From contig CAZKBG010000001.1 in assembly GCA_964551375.1 (NCBI GenBank), forward strand, positions 715,229 to 747,228: a DNA stretch of 32,000 bases. The letters are read 5' to 3'. Made by a program: the position numbers and the translations under genes. Numbering within the stretch: position 1 is the stretch's first letter; every line of letters starts with the position of its first letter. Source of the DNA: an uncultured archaeon (GTDB taxonomy: Archaea > Iainarchaeota > Iainarchaeia > Iainarchaeales > JAAZKV01). Positions 8,047 to 16,090 of this stretch are shown here, in pieces. A model generated the notes under the pieces. It was not told the DNA's origin and searched no databases. It worked only from the letters and a program-made list of their open reading frames with translations.

Positions 8047-8087
8047 TTAATAATTCTTCTTGTAAAACAATATTTTAGGCTGAAAAA

Positions 8088-8624
8088 ATGGTCAAGCAAG
8101 ATATTATTGTTATCCGATACGGACATCGAGATGTGAGAGACTATAGAGTCACAAGCCACTGTGCGCTCGTATCAAGAGCGCTTGGCGCAAGCAAAATAAT
8201 CATCTGCGGATCGGAAGAAATAAGCGTAACTAATACAATAAAAGGGGTAAATGAAACTTGGGGCGGGAAATTTAAGATAGAATACAGCGACAGCTGGCAG
8301 ACAACAGTAAAAGAATTGAAGAAAAAAGGATACAAAATCGCTCACTTGACAATGTATGGAATTCCAATTCAAGAAGTAGAAGAAGAATTAACTAAAGTGG
8401 CAAAACTTGCAGTTATTATAGGCTCCCAAAAGGTGGAAAGGGAGGTTTATGACACAGTTGATTATAATTTAGGCGTAACAAACCAGCCGCACAGCGAAAT
8501 AGCTGCTTTATCAGTATTCCTTGACAGGGTGCAAAAAGGCAAAGAACTTGAAAAAAACTTTAACGGCGGGCGCTGCCAGATAATACCACAGGAAAAAGGC
8601 AAAAAGGTAATTGATTTAAAATAG
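8088..8624 (+). CDS. tRNA (cytidine(56)-2'-O)-methyltransferase, aTrm56
   Basis: IRYGHRDVRDYRVTSHCALVSRALGA, AVIIGSQKVEREVYDTVDYNLGVTNQPHSEIAALSVFLDR: archaeal Trm56/SPOUT signature. Confidence 0.92.
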   Translation: MVKQDIIVIRYGHRDVRDYRVTSHCALVSRALGASKIIICGSEEISVTNTIKGVNETWGGKFKIEYSDSWQTTVKELKKKGYKIAHLTMYGIPIQEVEEELTKVAKLAVIIGSQKVEREVYDTVDYNLGVTNQPHSEIAALSVFLDRVQKGKELEKNFNGGRCQIIPQEKGKKVIDLK

Positions 8625-8644
8625 TTTCCTATTGAAGATATTTC

Positions 8645-9226
8645 ATGCCTAAAAAATCTATCACCAATCTTGTGCTAGTCAAAGACTTGCTTGACACGAT
8701 TGGGGGACAAGACGCGGTAGAACTAGTAAAAATCTGCGAAAGCAAGAGAAAAATGGTCACTGATGAAGAAATATCAAAAAAGATGAAGAAAAAAGTGACT
8801 GAAGTAAGAGCAATATTAAACAAATTGCATTATCGTGGAATTGCATGTTATCAGAAAACTCGAAACCAAAAAACGGGCTGGTATAATTACACTTGGGAAA
8901 TAAAGAAGGACAGAATTTCAGATATTATTGGGGAACAACAGGAAGAAAATCTTGAAAAGTTATATCAAAAAATGAACCTTGAAGCGGATTATTGTTTCTT
9001 TGATTGTTCAAAATGCAATGAAAGAGCTTTGTTTGAGATTGCTGCGGAATACAATTTCTTGTGCCCGAGCTGTGGTGGAAGTATGACTTCCGCTAATGAC
9101 CCAGATAGGAAGAAAGAACTTGAAGGAACTATAAAAAAGATAGAAAAAGAGCTTGAAACATTAGGCAAAATTGAAACAAAAGCACAAAAAGCTGGACGTA
9201 TTTGTGGGCCAGTTAAAACAAAGTAA
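8645..9226 (+). CDS. tfe: Transcription initiation factor TFE (alpha subunit)
   Basis: N-terminal winged helix (VTDEEISKKMKKKVTEVRAILNKLHYRGIACYQKTRN...GWYNYTWEI) and zinc ribbon (FDCSKCN...FLCPSCGG). Confidence 0.93.
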   Translation: MPKKSITNLVLVKDLLDTIGGQDAVELVKICESKRKMVTDEEISKKMKKKVTEVRAILNKLHYRGIACYQKTRNQKTGWYNYTWEIKKDRISDIIGEQQEENLEKLYQKMNLEADYCFFDCSKCNERALFEIAAEYNFLCPSCGGSMTSANDPDRKKELEGTIKKIEKELETLGKIETKAQKAGRICGPVKTK

Positions 9227-9344
9227 ATTTAACATTAAAATGATTGTTTTTTAAAAAACGAATAAAATTCGTTTTATAGTGGATAAAAAAGGCAAAATAA
9301 GGCATTTTATAAGCTTATTTGACCAGATTTATCTTATTACAGCT

Positions 9345-9419
9345 AGCGGGGTAGGGCAGCCTGGAGTGCCCGTCGGGCTCATAACCCGAAGGTCGGAGGT
9401 TCAAATCCTCTCCCCGCTA
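9345..9419 (+). tRNA. tRNA-Met (CAT), initiator type
   Basis: AGCGGGGTAGGGCAGCCTGGAGTGCCCGTCGGGCTCATAACCCGAAGGTCGGAGGTTCAAATCCTCTCCCCGCTA; A1-U72 pair and GGG/CCC anticodon-stem pairs. Confidence 0.95.
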
Positions 9420-9585
9420 TATCTAATTTTGTCAAAATAACCCCCCATAGTTCCGATAAACCCCCTTTCTCAAAAATACGACTAAAGACGTAATTTTGAG
9501 ATTAAATTTTACACAAACTAATCAGCTGAAAATATCAACCTTTCAAAACCCCTAAAAACACACCCCTCACCACACGATAAATTTA

Positions 9586-9776
9586 GTAATTACGGCGCAC
9601 AAAGTAGAAATAACAGTAATTACGAGGCTCACTTGACTAAAAAAACGCAAATTAGCAGCAAAAATAACAAATCCCAAAGTGCACCGTAATGAACAAAGCC
9701 AAATATAGTAATTACCACTCATTACGAGTAATAACTATAATGAAACCTCATTACCGTAAAGTATTTAAATCATTAC
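9586..9776. promoter_or_regulatory. Cluster of GTAATTAC / ATTAC-GTAAT sites upstream of the wHTH-like gene
   Basis: GTAATTAC at 9586-9593, 9616-9623 and 9708-9715; ATTACgaGTAAT at about 9721-9732; further CGTAATG, CATTACCG and CATTACCA elements. Confidence 0.55.
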
Positions 9777-9800
9777 CATCATTATATTAATGATGAGAAA

Positions 9801-10235
9801 ATGGTTGGATTTCTTGAAGTAATTAGAAAGATGTTTGGGTTGACACCAAAAATGCAGGAAAAGCCAGCGCAAACAGTGACAGTGAGTGAAACTAACAAGA
9901 AGATAGAAGTGCACTCCGTATGGGATTTTTTACAATTCAACCAACACACCCAAGCATTCCATTTAGCGAGTGTTATTAGATTCGATGAATGGGTCACTAT
10001 GGATGAAATAAGACGAAGAATCTTTGAATTGTTCCAAGTAGACTATGAAAACGAACGAAGCCTCTACCCATACCTTAAGACAATGGTTGATATTGGGCTT
10101 ATTGAAACTAATAATATCGGCGGCAAACGCAAGTGGCGAAAGAAAGATCTGCTTATTAAAATAGAGAGAGAAGAAAAAGAAGCTGAAAAACGAGAAATTA
10201 CGGCTGAAAAAGCGCAAATTCAACCCCAAAATTAG
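9801..10235 (+). CDS. Putative winged-helix DNA-binding protein (144 aa)
   Basis: HLASVIRFDEWVTMDEIRRRIFELFQVDYENERSLYPYLKTMVDIGLIETNNIGGKRKWRKKDLL resembles a wHTH with basic wing; no named family recognised. Confidence 0.6.
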   Translation: MVGFLEVIRKMFGLTPKMQEKPAQTVTVSETNKKIEVHSVWDFLQFNQHTQAFHLASVIRFDEWVTMDEIRRRIFELFQVDYENERSLYPYLKTMVDIGLIETNNIGGKRKWRKKDLLIKIEREEKEAEKREITAEKAQIQPQN

Positions 10236-10292
10236 CCAACCCCTTTTGTTTTCCGAAAATATCCTGCCTCACACCCACAAACTAACCCCAAC

Positions 10293-10312
10293 TTAACTCT
10301 ATTTCTTGGACA
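10293..10312 (-). repeat. Dispersed intergenic motif, exact 20-nt copy
   Basis: TTAACTCTATTTCTTGGACA = reverse complement of TGTCCAAGAAATAGAGTTAA. Confidence 0.75.
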
Positions 10313-10426
10313 CATTTTAAAATGAACTATTAAATAAAATAAAGGCGTTTAAACACATTTAAACCCAAAAATGAGCTAAAATACCTTTCTGTAATGGCAA
10401 AAATTTAGTAAAAATCAGCCAAAAAG

Positions 10427-10440
10427 GTGGTAATTACCAC
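10427..10440. promoter_or_regulatory. Perfect 14-bp palindrome GTGGTAATTACCAC next to a TATA-like TTTTATATGG
   Basis: Direct reading; shares the GTAATTAC core with the 9586-9776 cluster. Confidence 0.6.
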
Positions 10441-10504
10441 TTTTATATGGTTAAACTCTCACTAAACGCAGAATTACTTAATTATTACAGAGGGGTTTTG
10501 TGCC

Positions 10505-10526
10505 AAGCAGTTATTGCTGACTGCTT
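10505..10526 (-). terminator. Small hairpin overlapping the stop codon of the 213-aa ORF
   Basis: AAGCAGT-TATTGCTG-ACTGCTT, 7-bp stem and 8-nt loop. Confidence 0.3.
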
Positions 10527-11166
10527 ATTGCTGTTGAGGCGCCTGTGTTTGGGTCTGCGTTTGAGAAGGGGTTGGCCCAAGTTTTAACAGTTTATAATTA
10601 GAATAAAACTCCTGCAAAACAGGGGATAATTGGTAGGATTGTTTGAACCAGTCAAGATCAACTATTGCCTGAACATCTTTTAGAAGAGCTGATTTGTAGT
10701 TAGCGTCCGCGCCTTTTTCAACCACTCTTTTTAGTTCAGATGAAAGCTTAACAAGCCCTTCCTGTCCTTCAACAAACTTTCTGCTTAAAAGATTTTCAAC
10801 CGCAAGAACAACTTCCTTTTCAGCAACATCTTTTTCATTCAAAAAATAAGTACATTTCCACTCGCCTTTAGTCTCCCAATTATGGGTTGGATTGTGGCCG
10901 GTTTTAAAAAATTCCTGCAAGGATTGAAATGCTGCTGGAGGGATAATAACACAATTTTTACCAGGCCTTATATAAGGATAATTTGAAAGAATTCCTGCGC
11001 GGTGATAATGGTAGGTCTTTCCAGAGGCTTTGTAAACGGCTTGGGTATAACCATAAATTGCCCTGAAAAGTTTCTGATAAGTGTAAGAGGAATGTTTCAC
11101 AGTATCAGGTATTATGAATCTGTATTGAACAAAATAACTTCTGATAGGCACACCCAACACTTCCAC
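10525..11166 (-). CDS. Hypothetical protein (213 aa) with a Gln/Thr-rich C-terminal tail
   Basis: Long ORF (GTG start) with coherent globular composition, ending PTPSQTQTQTQAPQQQ; no family recognised. Confidence 0.7.
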   Translation of the reverse strand: MEVLGVPIRSYFVQYRFIIPDTVKHSSYTYQKLFRAIYGYTQAVYKASGKTYHYHRAGILSNYPYIRPGKNCVIIPPAAFQSLQEFFKTGHNPTHNWETKGEWKCTYFLNEKDVAEKEVVLAVENLLSRKFVEGQEGLVKLSSELKRVVEKGADANYKSALLKDVQAIVDLDWFKQSYQLSPVLQEFYSNYKLLKLGPTPSQTQTQTQAPQQQ

Positions 11167-11200
11167 TAATATACTCTATATAATATAATAAAAAAATCCT

Positions 11201-11221
11201 TATGTATATTATATATACATA
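11201..11221. promoter_or_regulatory. AT-only palindrome in the promoter region of the 213-aa gene
   Basis: TATGTATAT-TAT-ATATACATA, 9-bp arms, 35-55 nt upstream of the start at 11166. Confidence 0.4.
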
Positions 11222-11286
11222 GTATTTATAAAGTTGAAGTTAAACTTTTGATTTTTTAAAAAAATTTTAAGGACAAATTTAAAAAA

Positions 11287-11306
11287 TGTCCAAGAAATAG
11301 AGTTAA
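11287..11306 (+). repeat. Dispersed intergenic motif, exact 20-nt copy
   Basis: TGTCCAAGAAATAGAGTTAA. Confidence 0.75.
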
Positions 11307-11368
11307 TTTTGAGTGTTTTTCTAAAAAGTTGGGGAATTAAAAAAAGAAAAAAGTAAGGAGGGAGGTCC

Positions 11369-11689
11369 TTACCTTCTAGAATATTTATATCTTAATTGTG
11401 ATGCTGGTGTTGGCTCTTCTCTCTCTTGAGGAGCTTCTGTCTGGAAAGGAACATCTCTGCTTGAAACAATGATAATATCCTTAACCGATTTAACATTCCT
11501 ATAAGGAATGCTTTTTTCGCTTAAGATTTTCTTTGCATCTGACTTTGTCTTAACCTTTAAAGGTTCAGTTGTTATTGTCTCAAGTTTACCTTTCTCGAGG
11601 TTTATGATTATATCATAAACTTTGCCTTTATATCCAGCTTCGAAATCGTAAACATCCATGCCGAAAAGCTTTGATAATCTAACGCTCAT
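11369..11689 (-). CDS. PRC-barrel domain protein
   Basis: MSVRLSKLFGMDVYDFEAGYKGKVYDIIINLEKGKLETI...IPYRNVKSVKDIIIV; start trimmed from 11704. Confidence 0.85.
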   Translation of the reverse strand: MSVRLSKLFGMDVYDFEAGYKGKVYDIIINLEKGKLETITTEPLKVKTKSDAKKILSEKSIPYRNVKSVKDIIIVSSRDVPFQTEAPQEREEPTPASQLRYKYSRR

Positions 11690-11968
11690 ACTAAATCCTC
11701 CCAATTTATTACACAGGAAATAGCAATGAAGTATTTAAATCTATTGTGGAAATCGAAAAAGGTTCAAAGTAGTTAGGAAAGCAAACAAACGCATGAATTT
11801 TCATCATCTACATAAAAAAACATTTATTTTATTTTCATTTTTTTAAAATTATTCACTTTGTTTGATTAATTACATAACTGAAAAACACGACAAAAAACCT
11901 TATTTTACAAAGTCAAAGCCAAGTGGATGGATTAGTGGAAGTGGGGGGACCGGGTCAGTCAATAAGGA

Positions 11969-12442
11969 CTAGTTTACATACCGCTCAGTGGTAAGAGCGT
12001 ACAAAGTGAAAGCAACTTCAAGCGCTTCGTTTTCAGAAATAAGCTTATTATTGAAACTAATAGTTCCAACAAGAGGATAGCTAAACAATTTAATTGAAAG
12101 CTCAAGCCCGCTTTTATTTGCTTCTTTTAGCATAATTTCTTCTTTAGGAGGAATTACAAAAGACTCGCTGATTAATTTTCGCCCGCCTAAGTTTACAACA
12201 AAATACTCTTTCTTAAAAGGCCAAAACCCATCTTTTGCTTTTTCAACCTGAACTGCGCAAACTTCTTCCCCCTTATCCTCAGTCATTTTTGCGCCTTCAG
12301 CAAGAACAATCCCATTAAATTTAATAATAAATTTTTTATTTTTAATTTTGAGCTGATTTGTCTGATACTCCGCAACTTCCTTTCCGTTTTGAGTGACTTT
12401 CTTATTCCAAAAACCAGTAACATCAAGAATTATCATTGTCAA
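11969..12442 (-). CDS. Hypothetical protein (157 aa), beta-rich
   Basis: Long ORF immediately downstream of xerA in the same orientation; no family recognised. Confidence 0.65.
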   Translation of the reverse strand: MTMIILDVTGFWNKKVTQNGKEVAEYQTNQLKIKNKKFIIKFNGIVLAEGAKMTEDKGEEVCAVQVEKAKDGFWPFKKEYFVVNLGGRKLISESFVIPPKEEIMLKEANKSGLELSIKLFSYPLVGTISFNNKLISENEALEVAFTLYALTTERYVN

Positions 12443-12456
12443 AAAATCACCTTTTT

Positions 12457-13386
12457 TTACAATTTATCAAGCGGGCTGACAATTTTTTTCAGCTGTTCGC
12501 TTGCAACATTAGTATAAACTTGCGTAGTATTTAAGCTGCTGTGTCCAAGAAGCGACTGAATGTATCTAATATTAGTTCCAGCTTCAAGCAAATGAGTTGC
12601 ATAACTGTGCCTTAAGCAGTGCGGAGTTACATGTTTGTTAATTCCCGCAATTTTTGCAGATTTTCTCACAATTCTTTGAACAGTGTCAGTAGTAATATTC
12701 TTGCCGTTCTTTTTTGAAAACACAAATTCGCTTTTTATTTTCTTTTTGTCTAAATATTTTTTTATTCCATGAATCCATTCTTTTGAAAGAATAATCATTC
12801 TGTCCTTATTTCCCTTTCCGCTTCGAATTGTCGCAATTTTTTCCTTCATATTCAAATCTTCAACCTTCAAACTCACTACTTCAGACACACGGCAGCCCGA
12901 CCCGTACATGAATTGAAGCATAAGTCTGTTTCTTCCAAAGCGGGTGTTTTCAAAAAGCTGCCTGATCTCATCTTTAGTAAGCACTTTTGGGAGGGTTTTT
13001 GCTTTTTTAGGAATTTTAATATCCTCAAGAATCTTCATTTTCAAATACTTTCCAAACATATACTCCATTGCCGCGTGAATTAAGGAAAGGGTGGAATTAG
13101 TGCAGTTGTTTTCTTTCTTGTATGCAAGATATGCCACAATATCTTTTTTTTCAATTTGAGAAACTGGCTTATTTATATGGTAAAGCACTTCTCTTGAATA
13201 AATTTGATACATCTTTAATGTTTTTGAAGAATATCCTTCAACAATAAGCTCTTGTTTTAGCTCTTTGAGCAGTTTTTCATATTCTAAATTATTGTATTCT
13301 TTTGGCGCTGCTTTATTAGAGGAAGCAGCGGGCGGCTGTGAAGCCTCTGAAGAATTGTTTTTTTTAATAATTTGTTCTTCAACCAT
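12457..13386 (-). CDS. xerA: Tyrosine recombinase, XerA-like
   Basis: Catalytic set R (GSGCRVSE), K (GKGNKD), HxxR (TPHCLRHSYATHLLEAG), H (LLGHSSLNTTQVYT), Y (YTNV); C-terminus SPLDKL as in archaeal XerA. Confidence 0.9.
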   Translation of the reverse strand: MVEEQIIKKNNSSEASQPPAASSNKAAPKEYNNLEYEKLLKELKQELIVEGYSSKTLKMYQIYSREVLYHINKPVSQIEKKDIVAYLAYKKENNCTNSTLSLIHAAMEYMFGKYLKMKILEDIKIPKKAKTLPKVLTKDEIRQLFENTRFGRNRLMLQFMYGSGCRVSEVVSLKVEDLNMKEKIATIRSGKGNKDRMIILSKEWIHGIKKYLDKKKIKSEFVFSKKNGKNITTDTVQRIVRKSAKIAGINKHVTPHCLRHSYATHLLEAGTNIRYIQSLLGHSSLNTTQVYTNVASEQLKKIVSPLDKL

Positions 13387-13427
13387 GAGAGAATAGCGTC
13401 TTTACTCCATAAATAAATTCCTTTTGG

Positions 13428-13991
13428 CTATTTTTTCCAAAATCTAAGTGAATTAAGAAGTTTTTTTGTTTTATTCTTCGAATTAGCTTCTCCCCGTTGA
13501 GGAAATGACCTGCGCCAGAAAGAAATTTTTTGCTCTGTTTGAAGAGGGCTGACTAATCTTCTTCGCCCAAGCGGCCACTTCATTACAATATTTAATCTTT
13601 TTTTCCCAACCAAATTGCCGTTTTTATCAACTATTAAATAAGGATGCTTTGAAGCAAGCTCTTTTAATTTTGGGGTGGTATTCAGACTTGCTTTGATTTT
13701 TTCAAACAAATCAACATACTCTGCTTTGTAATTAGGAAAGTGATTTTTAATTTCATTAATCACTCTTGCCCCGACCCCCGCCTCCGCAAACCCAAAAGCG
13801 GTGGCATAGCAAAGGCTTTCAGACAAACTCTTTGAAGTTGCCACATTTCCAATTCCAAGCCCCCCAATTGCAATAATTACTCCCCCAGCAACCTTTGCAT
13901 TAAACATCCATTCGCTTCGGTGATAAAGAATCAGCTTAATTGAAGTTTGAACTTCAGTCGGAAGCTCACTAAACTTTACTTTCATACACAA
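13428..13991 (-). CDS. Hypothetical protein (187 aa) with a Gly/Ala-rich hydrophobic segment and basic C-terminus
   Basis: Open reading frame with AGGVIIAIGGLGIGNVA and AFGFAEAGVGA segments; no family recognised. Confidence 0.6.
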   Translation of the reverse strand: MCMKVKFSELPTEVQTSIKLILYHRSEWMFNAKVAGGVIIAIGGLGIGNVATSKSLSESLCYATAFGFAEAGVGARVINEIKNHFPNYKAEYVDLFEKIKASLNTTPKLKELASKHPYLIVDKNGNLVGKKRLNIVMKWPLGRRRLVSPLQTEQKISFWRRSFPQRGEANSKNKTKKLLNSLRFWKK

Positions 13992-14062
13992 ACTCCGTTT
14001 TTATGGTTTTAAAACCTGTTGTTGAGGCAAGGTTTTTAAGCGGGTAAGAGGATAACTTAATT

Positions 14063-14311
14063 ATGCTTAGAAAACCTCAGAAGCCTCCAGAAGGAGCAAA
14101 GATGAAGGAAACCGCCGACATGGTTGCATGGCGAAAAGAGTTTGAAAAGATGAAAACTGAAGACCACAAAAGCAAACTGAAAGAATTAGGGCTTGATGAC
14201 GAGGATTTAGAAGAATTTGAAGCGCTTGAAAAAGGCGAAGTAAGCTTAGAACAGGAAATGGGCGCAGGCGAAGAAGCAAAAGAAGCTCCTAAAAAGAAAG
14301 CAAAGAAGTAA
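14063..14311 (+). CDS. Small charged protein (82 aa), acidic body and KKKAKK tail
   Basis: MLRKPQKPPEGAKMKETADMVAWRKEFEKMK...EAPKKKAKK; TATA-like GGTTTTTAAG upstream. Confidence 0.65.
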   Translation: MLRKPQKPPEGAKMKETADMVAWRKEFEKMKTEDHKSKLKELGLDDEDLEEFEALEKGEVSLEQEMGAGEEAKEAPKKKAKK

Positions 14312-14345
14312 TTTACTAAAAAAATCTGATTTTTAGTTAATTTTA

Positions 14346-15203
14346 TTATTTTTTAATAGCCCTGATTCCAGAACTCTTCTCATGATATTTAATGTCAACA
14401 AACTTGTTTCGTTCAAGCATTTTCTCTATCGTTCGCCAAAACTCTTTTCCCTTGGTTTTACCTGGATTAGGGCAATAATGGTAAAGCACACCCCTTCTTT
14501 TCAGCACCCGGTTAAGCTCGGCGTAGAATTCATCAGTATAAAGCTCCGGAGCGAACGAAACAGTAGGCGGATCATGAATAATTCTATCAAAATAGTTACT
14601 CTCAAGCGATTTTATCCCCTCAAACACGCTTTCATTCTTGATTTCAATTTTTTTGTTATCAAAAAGCCCTTGTGAATAAGGATTATACTCACAAACTCTA
14701 AACATATTTTTATCTCTCTCAAAAGCCATTACTTTTTCAACCGCCGCGCCGTTAGCTGCACTAGTAGCAGTGTATCCCAACCCACAGCAAGTATCAAGAA
14801 TATTCCCTCTTAACGGCTCAATTTCCTTAATTTTTGTAATAGTGTCCTCTTTTGGAGAAAAATGTCTAAATCGGTGCATTGGAACTGAAGAAAGCATCAC
14901 AGTCGGCCAGTCTTTAGTAGGTTTTAATTTGTAATATAAGTTAGTGTCTTCACCAAAAAATTCAATTTTTTTTAAATCCTCACTTTCAAGAACATAACAA
15001 GCGTCATCTTTGACTTTTTTGAGCGGGGCAAGTTTAAGTTTTTCATCTCCAATAACAGCAAATTCACCAGTCAATTCAACTGTTTGAAAAGTTTTTCCCA
15101 AGTCAAAACTAAGTGAAACGCTGGTTTGTCCAAGTTTTTGAGCATTAAGCAGTTTAATTGCTTCTTTTTTTGTTAAAATGACTTTAGCAAGCGCCATAAT
15201 CAA
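14346..15203 (-). CDS. Predicted archaeal SAM-dependent methyltransferase (COG2521-like)
   Basis: NILDTCCGLGYTATSA...FERD (motif I), RIIHDPPTVSFAPELYTDEFYAELNRVLKRRGVLYHYCPNPG. Confidence 0.85.
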   Translation of the reverse strand: MIMALAKVILTKKEAIKLLNAQKLGQTSVSLSFDLGKTFQTVELTGEFAVIGDEKLKLAPLKKVKDDACYVLESEDLKKIEFFGEDTNLYYKLKPTKDWPTVMLSSVPMHRFRHFSPKEDTITKIKEIEPLRGNILDTCCGLGYTATSAANGAAVEKVMAFERDKNMFRVCEYNPYSQGLFDNKKIEIKNESVFEGIKSLESNYFDRIIHDPPTVSFAPELYTDEFYAELNRVLKRRGVLYHYCPNPGKTKGKEFWRTIEKMLERNKFVDIKYHEKSSGIRAIKK

Positions 15204-15301
15204 TTATAGTGCGGATAAAGGTTTATATACTACTTTTGCAGCAATATATATGGAGCTATTTTTAAGGAATTTTTCCAAGGAAATACTAAAGGTGAGCTAG
15301 A

Positions 15302-15538
15302 ATGAGCAACGTATTGCTTGACTTGAATGTCGATGAGGAGCTAAGACTACAGCTTTTGGCGCAAGAGCAGAAAATGAGATCAAAGCAGCCAGAGGCATGG
15401 ACTAAGACAAAATTCAGAAAATATGCTAACTTTGGCAGAAACAGAAAGAAAACTGCTGAAGAAATTCTAGGTATTGAGCCAAGAATGGATAAATCTGATT
15501 CAAAAACTGCAAAAACAAAAACTGCAGCAAGGAAATAA
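15302..15538 (+). CDS. Small basic protein (78 aa), unknown function
   Basis: Upstream TTTATATACTAC TATA-like box and AAGGTGA SD-like element just before ATG; MSNVLLDLNVDEELRLQLLAQEQKMRSKQPEAW... Confidence 0.7.
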   Translation: MSNVLLDLNVDEELRLQLLAQEQKMRSKQPEAWTKTKFRKYANFGRNRKKTAEEILGIEPRMDKSDSKTAKTKTAARK

Positions 15539-15547
15539 TTAATTTGT

Positions 15548-15572
15548 TTTTTGAGGCGCTGTGCCTCAAAAA
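15548..15572 (+). terminator. Strong hairpin right after the 78-aa gene, possible terminator or 3'-end element
   Basis: TTTTTGAGGC-GCTGT-GCCTCAAAAA, 10-bp perfect stem and 5-nt loop, starting 9 nt after the stop. Confidence 0.55.
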
Positions 15573-15688
15573 CAACTCCTCAAAATTTTCATAACTTCTC
15601 TTTCGCTAAAGCTAGCGCTAAACAAAAAGGATTTATTTAGTTTTTTTCAACCAGGCAAAATTGCAATTAACTTTTAGTTGGCTTATAA

Positions 15689-15979
15689 TTACTTGATCAC
15701 TTCAATTTTTCCCTGTCTTCCAGCGCTGATCTGTAGTTTTCCTTTATATTCGGAAACCCATCCGCCGGTAATTTTTACTTTATCCCCGTTTTGAAGCTTT
15801 TTGTAGTCTTCATTCCAAAGAGTAAGCGAAACTTCAACACCTTCTTCATCCTTAACTGCCGCGTTACAAACAGTTCCCTGCCCCTGCGCACTCGCAAAAG
15901 CGCGCGGCTCACCCATAGAAACAACTTCAACAATCATTTCATCAAATGGAGTTTTTGGTTTAAGATCTTTAACAAGCAT
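15689..15979 (-). CDS. OB-fold nucleic-acid-binding protein (RPA/SSB-like)
   Basis: FDEMIVEVVSMGEPRAFASAQGQGTVCNAAVKDEEGVEVSLTLWNEDYKKLQNGDKVKITGGWVSEYKGKLQISAGRQGKIE. Confidence 0.82.
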   Translation of the reverse strand: MLVKDLKPKTPFDEMIVEVVSMGEPRAFASAQGQGTVCNAAVKDEEGVEVSLTLWNEDYKKLQNGDKVKITGGWVSEYKGKLQISAGRQGKIEVIK

Positions 15980-16090
15980 TACAACACCCAAAATAATTCT
16001 TTCCAAAATCATTATAAAACAAACTCGTTTTGCTCCAAAACATCTTTTTTGCTTTTGTAAGATTTATATTGCTTATTATTCATGATATAA

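Noticed and set aside
7392-8050. ORFs antisense to the class II aldolase-like gene
   Set aside because: The minus-strand frame carries clear family motifs (HVHN, GGHVDG); the others do not.
9586-10440. CRISPR-like array
   Set aside because: Repeated elements are only 5-11 nt with irregular spacing and mixed orientation; no long direct repeats and no cas genes.
11780-11830. C/D box sRNA candidate on the minus strand (ATGATGA near 11815)
   Set aside because: No box D (CTGA) at suitable spacing; probably chance.
11930-12010. Possible tRNA/ncRNA: CGCTCAGTGGTAAGAGCG looks like a D-arm
   Set aside because: No acceptor, anticodon or T-arm around it; it is the coding end of the 157-aa ORF (ALTTERYVN*).
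12457-13386. Mobile element or phage integrase
   Set aside because: The sequence resembles the chromosomal archaeal XerA; no att repeats, cargo or other mobile genes were seen around it.
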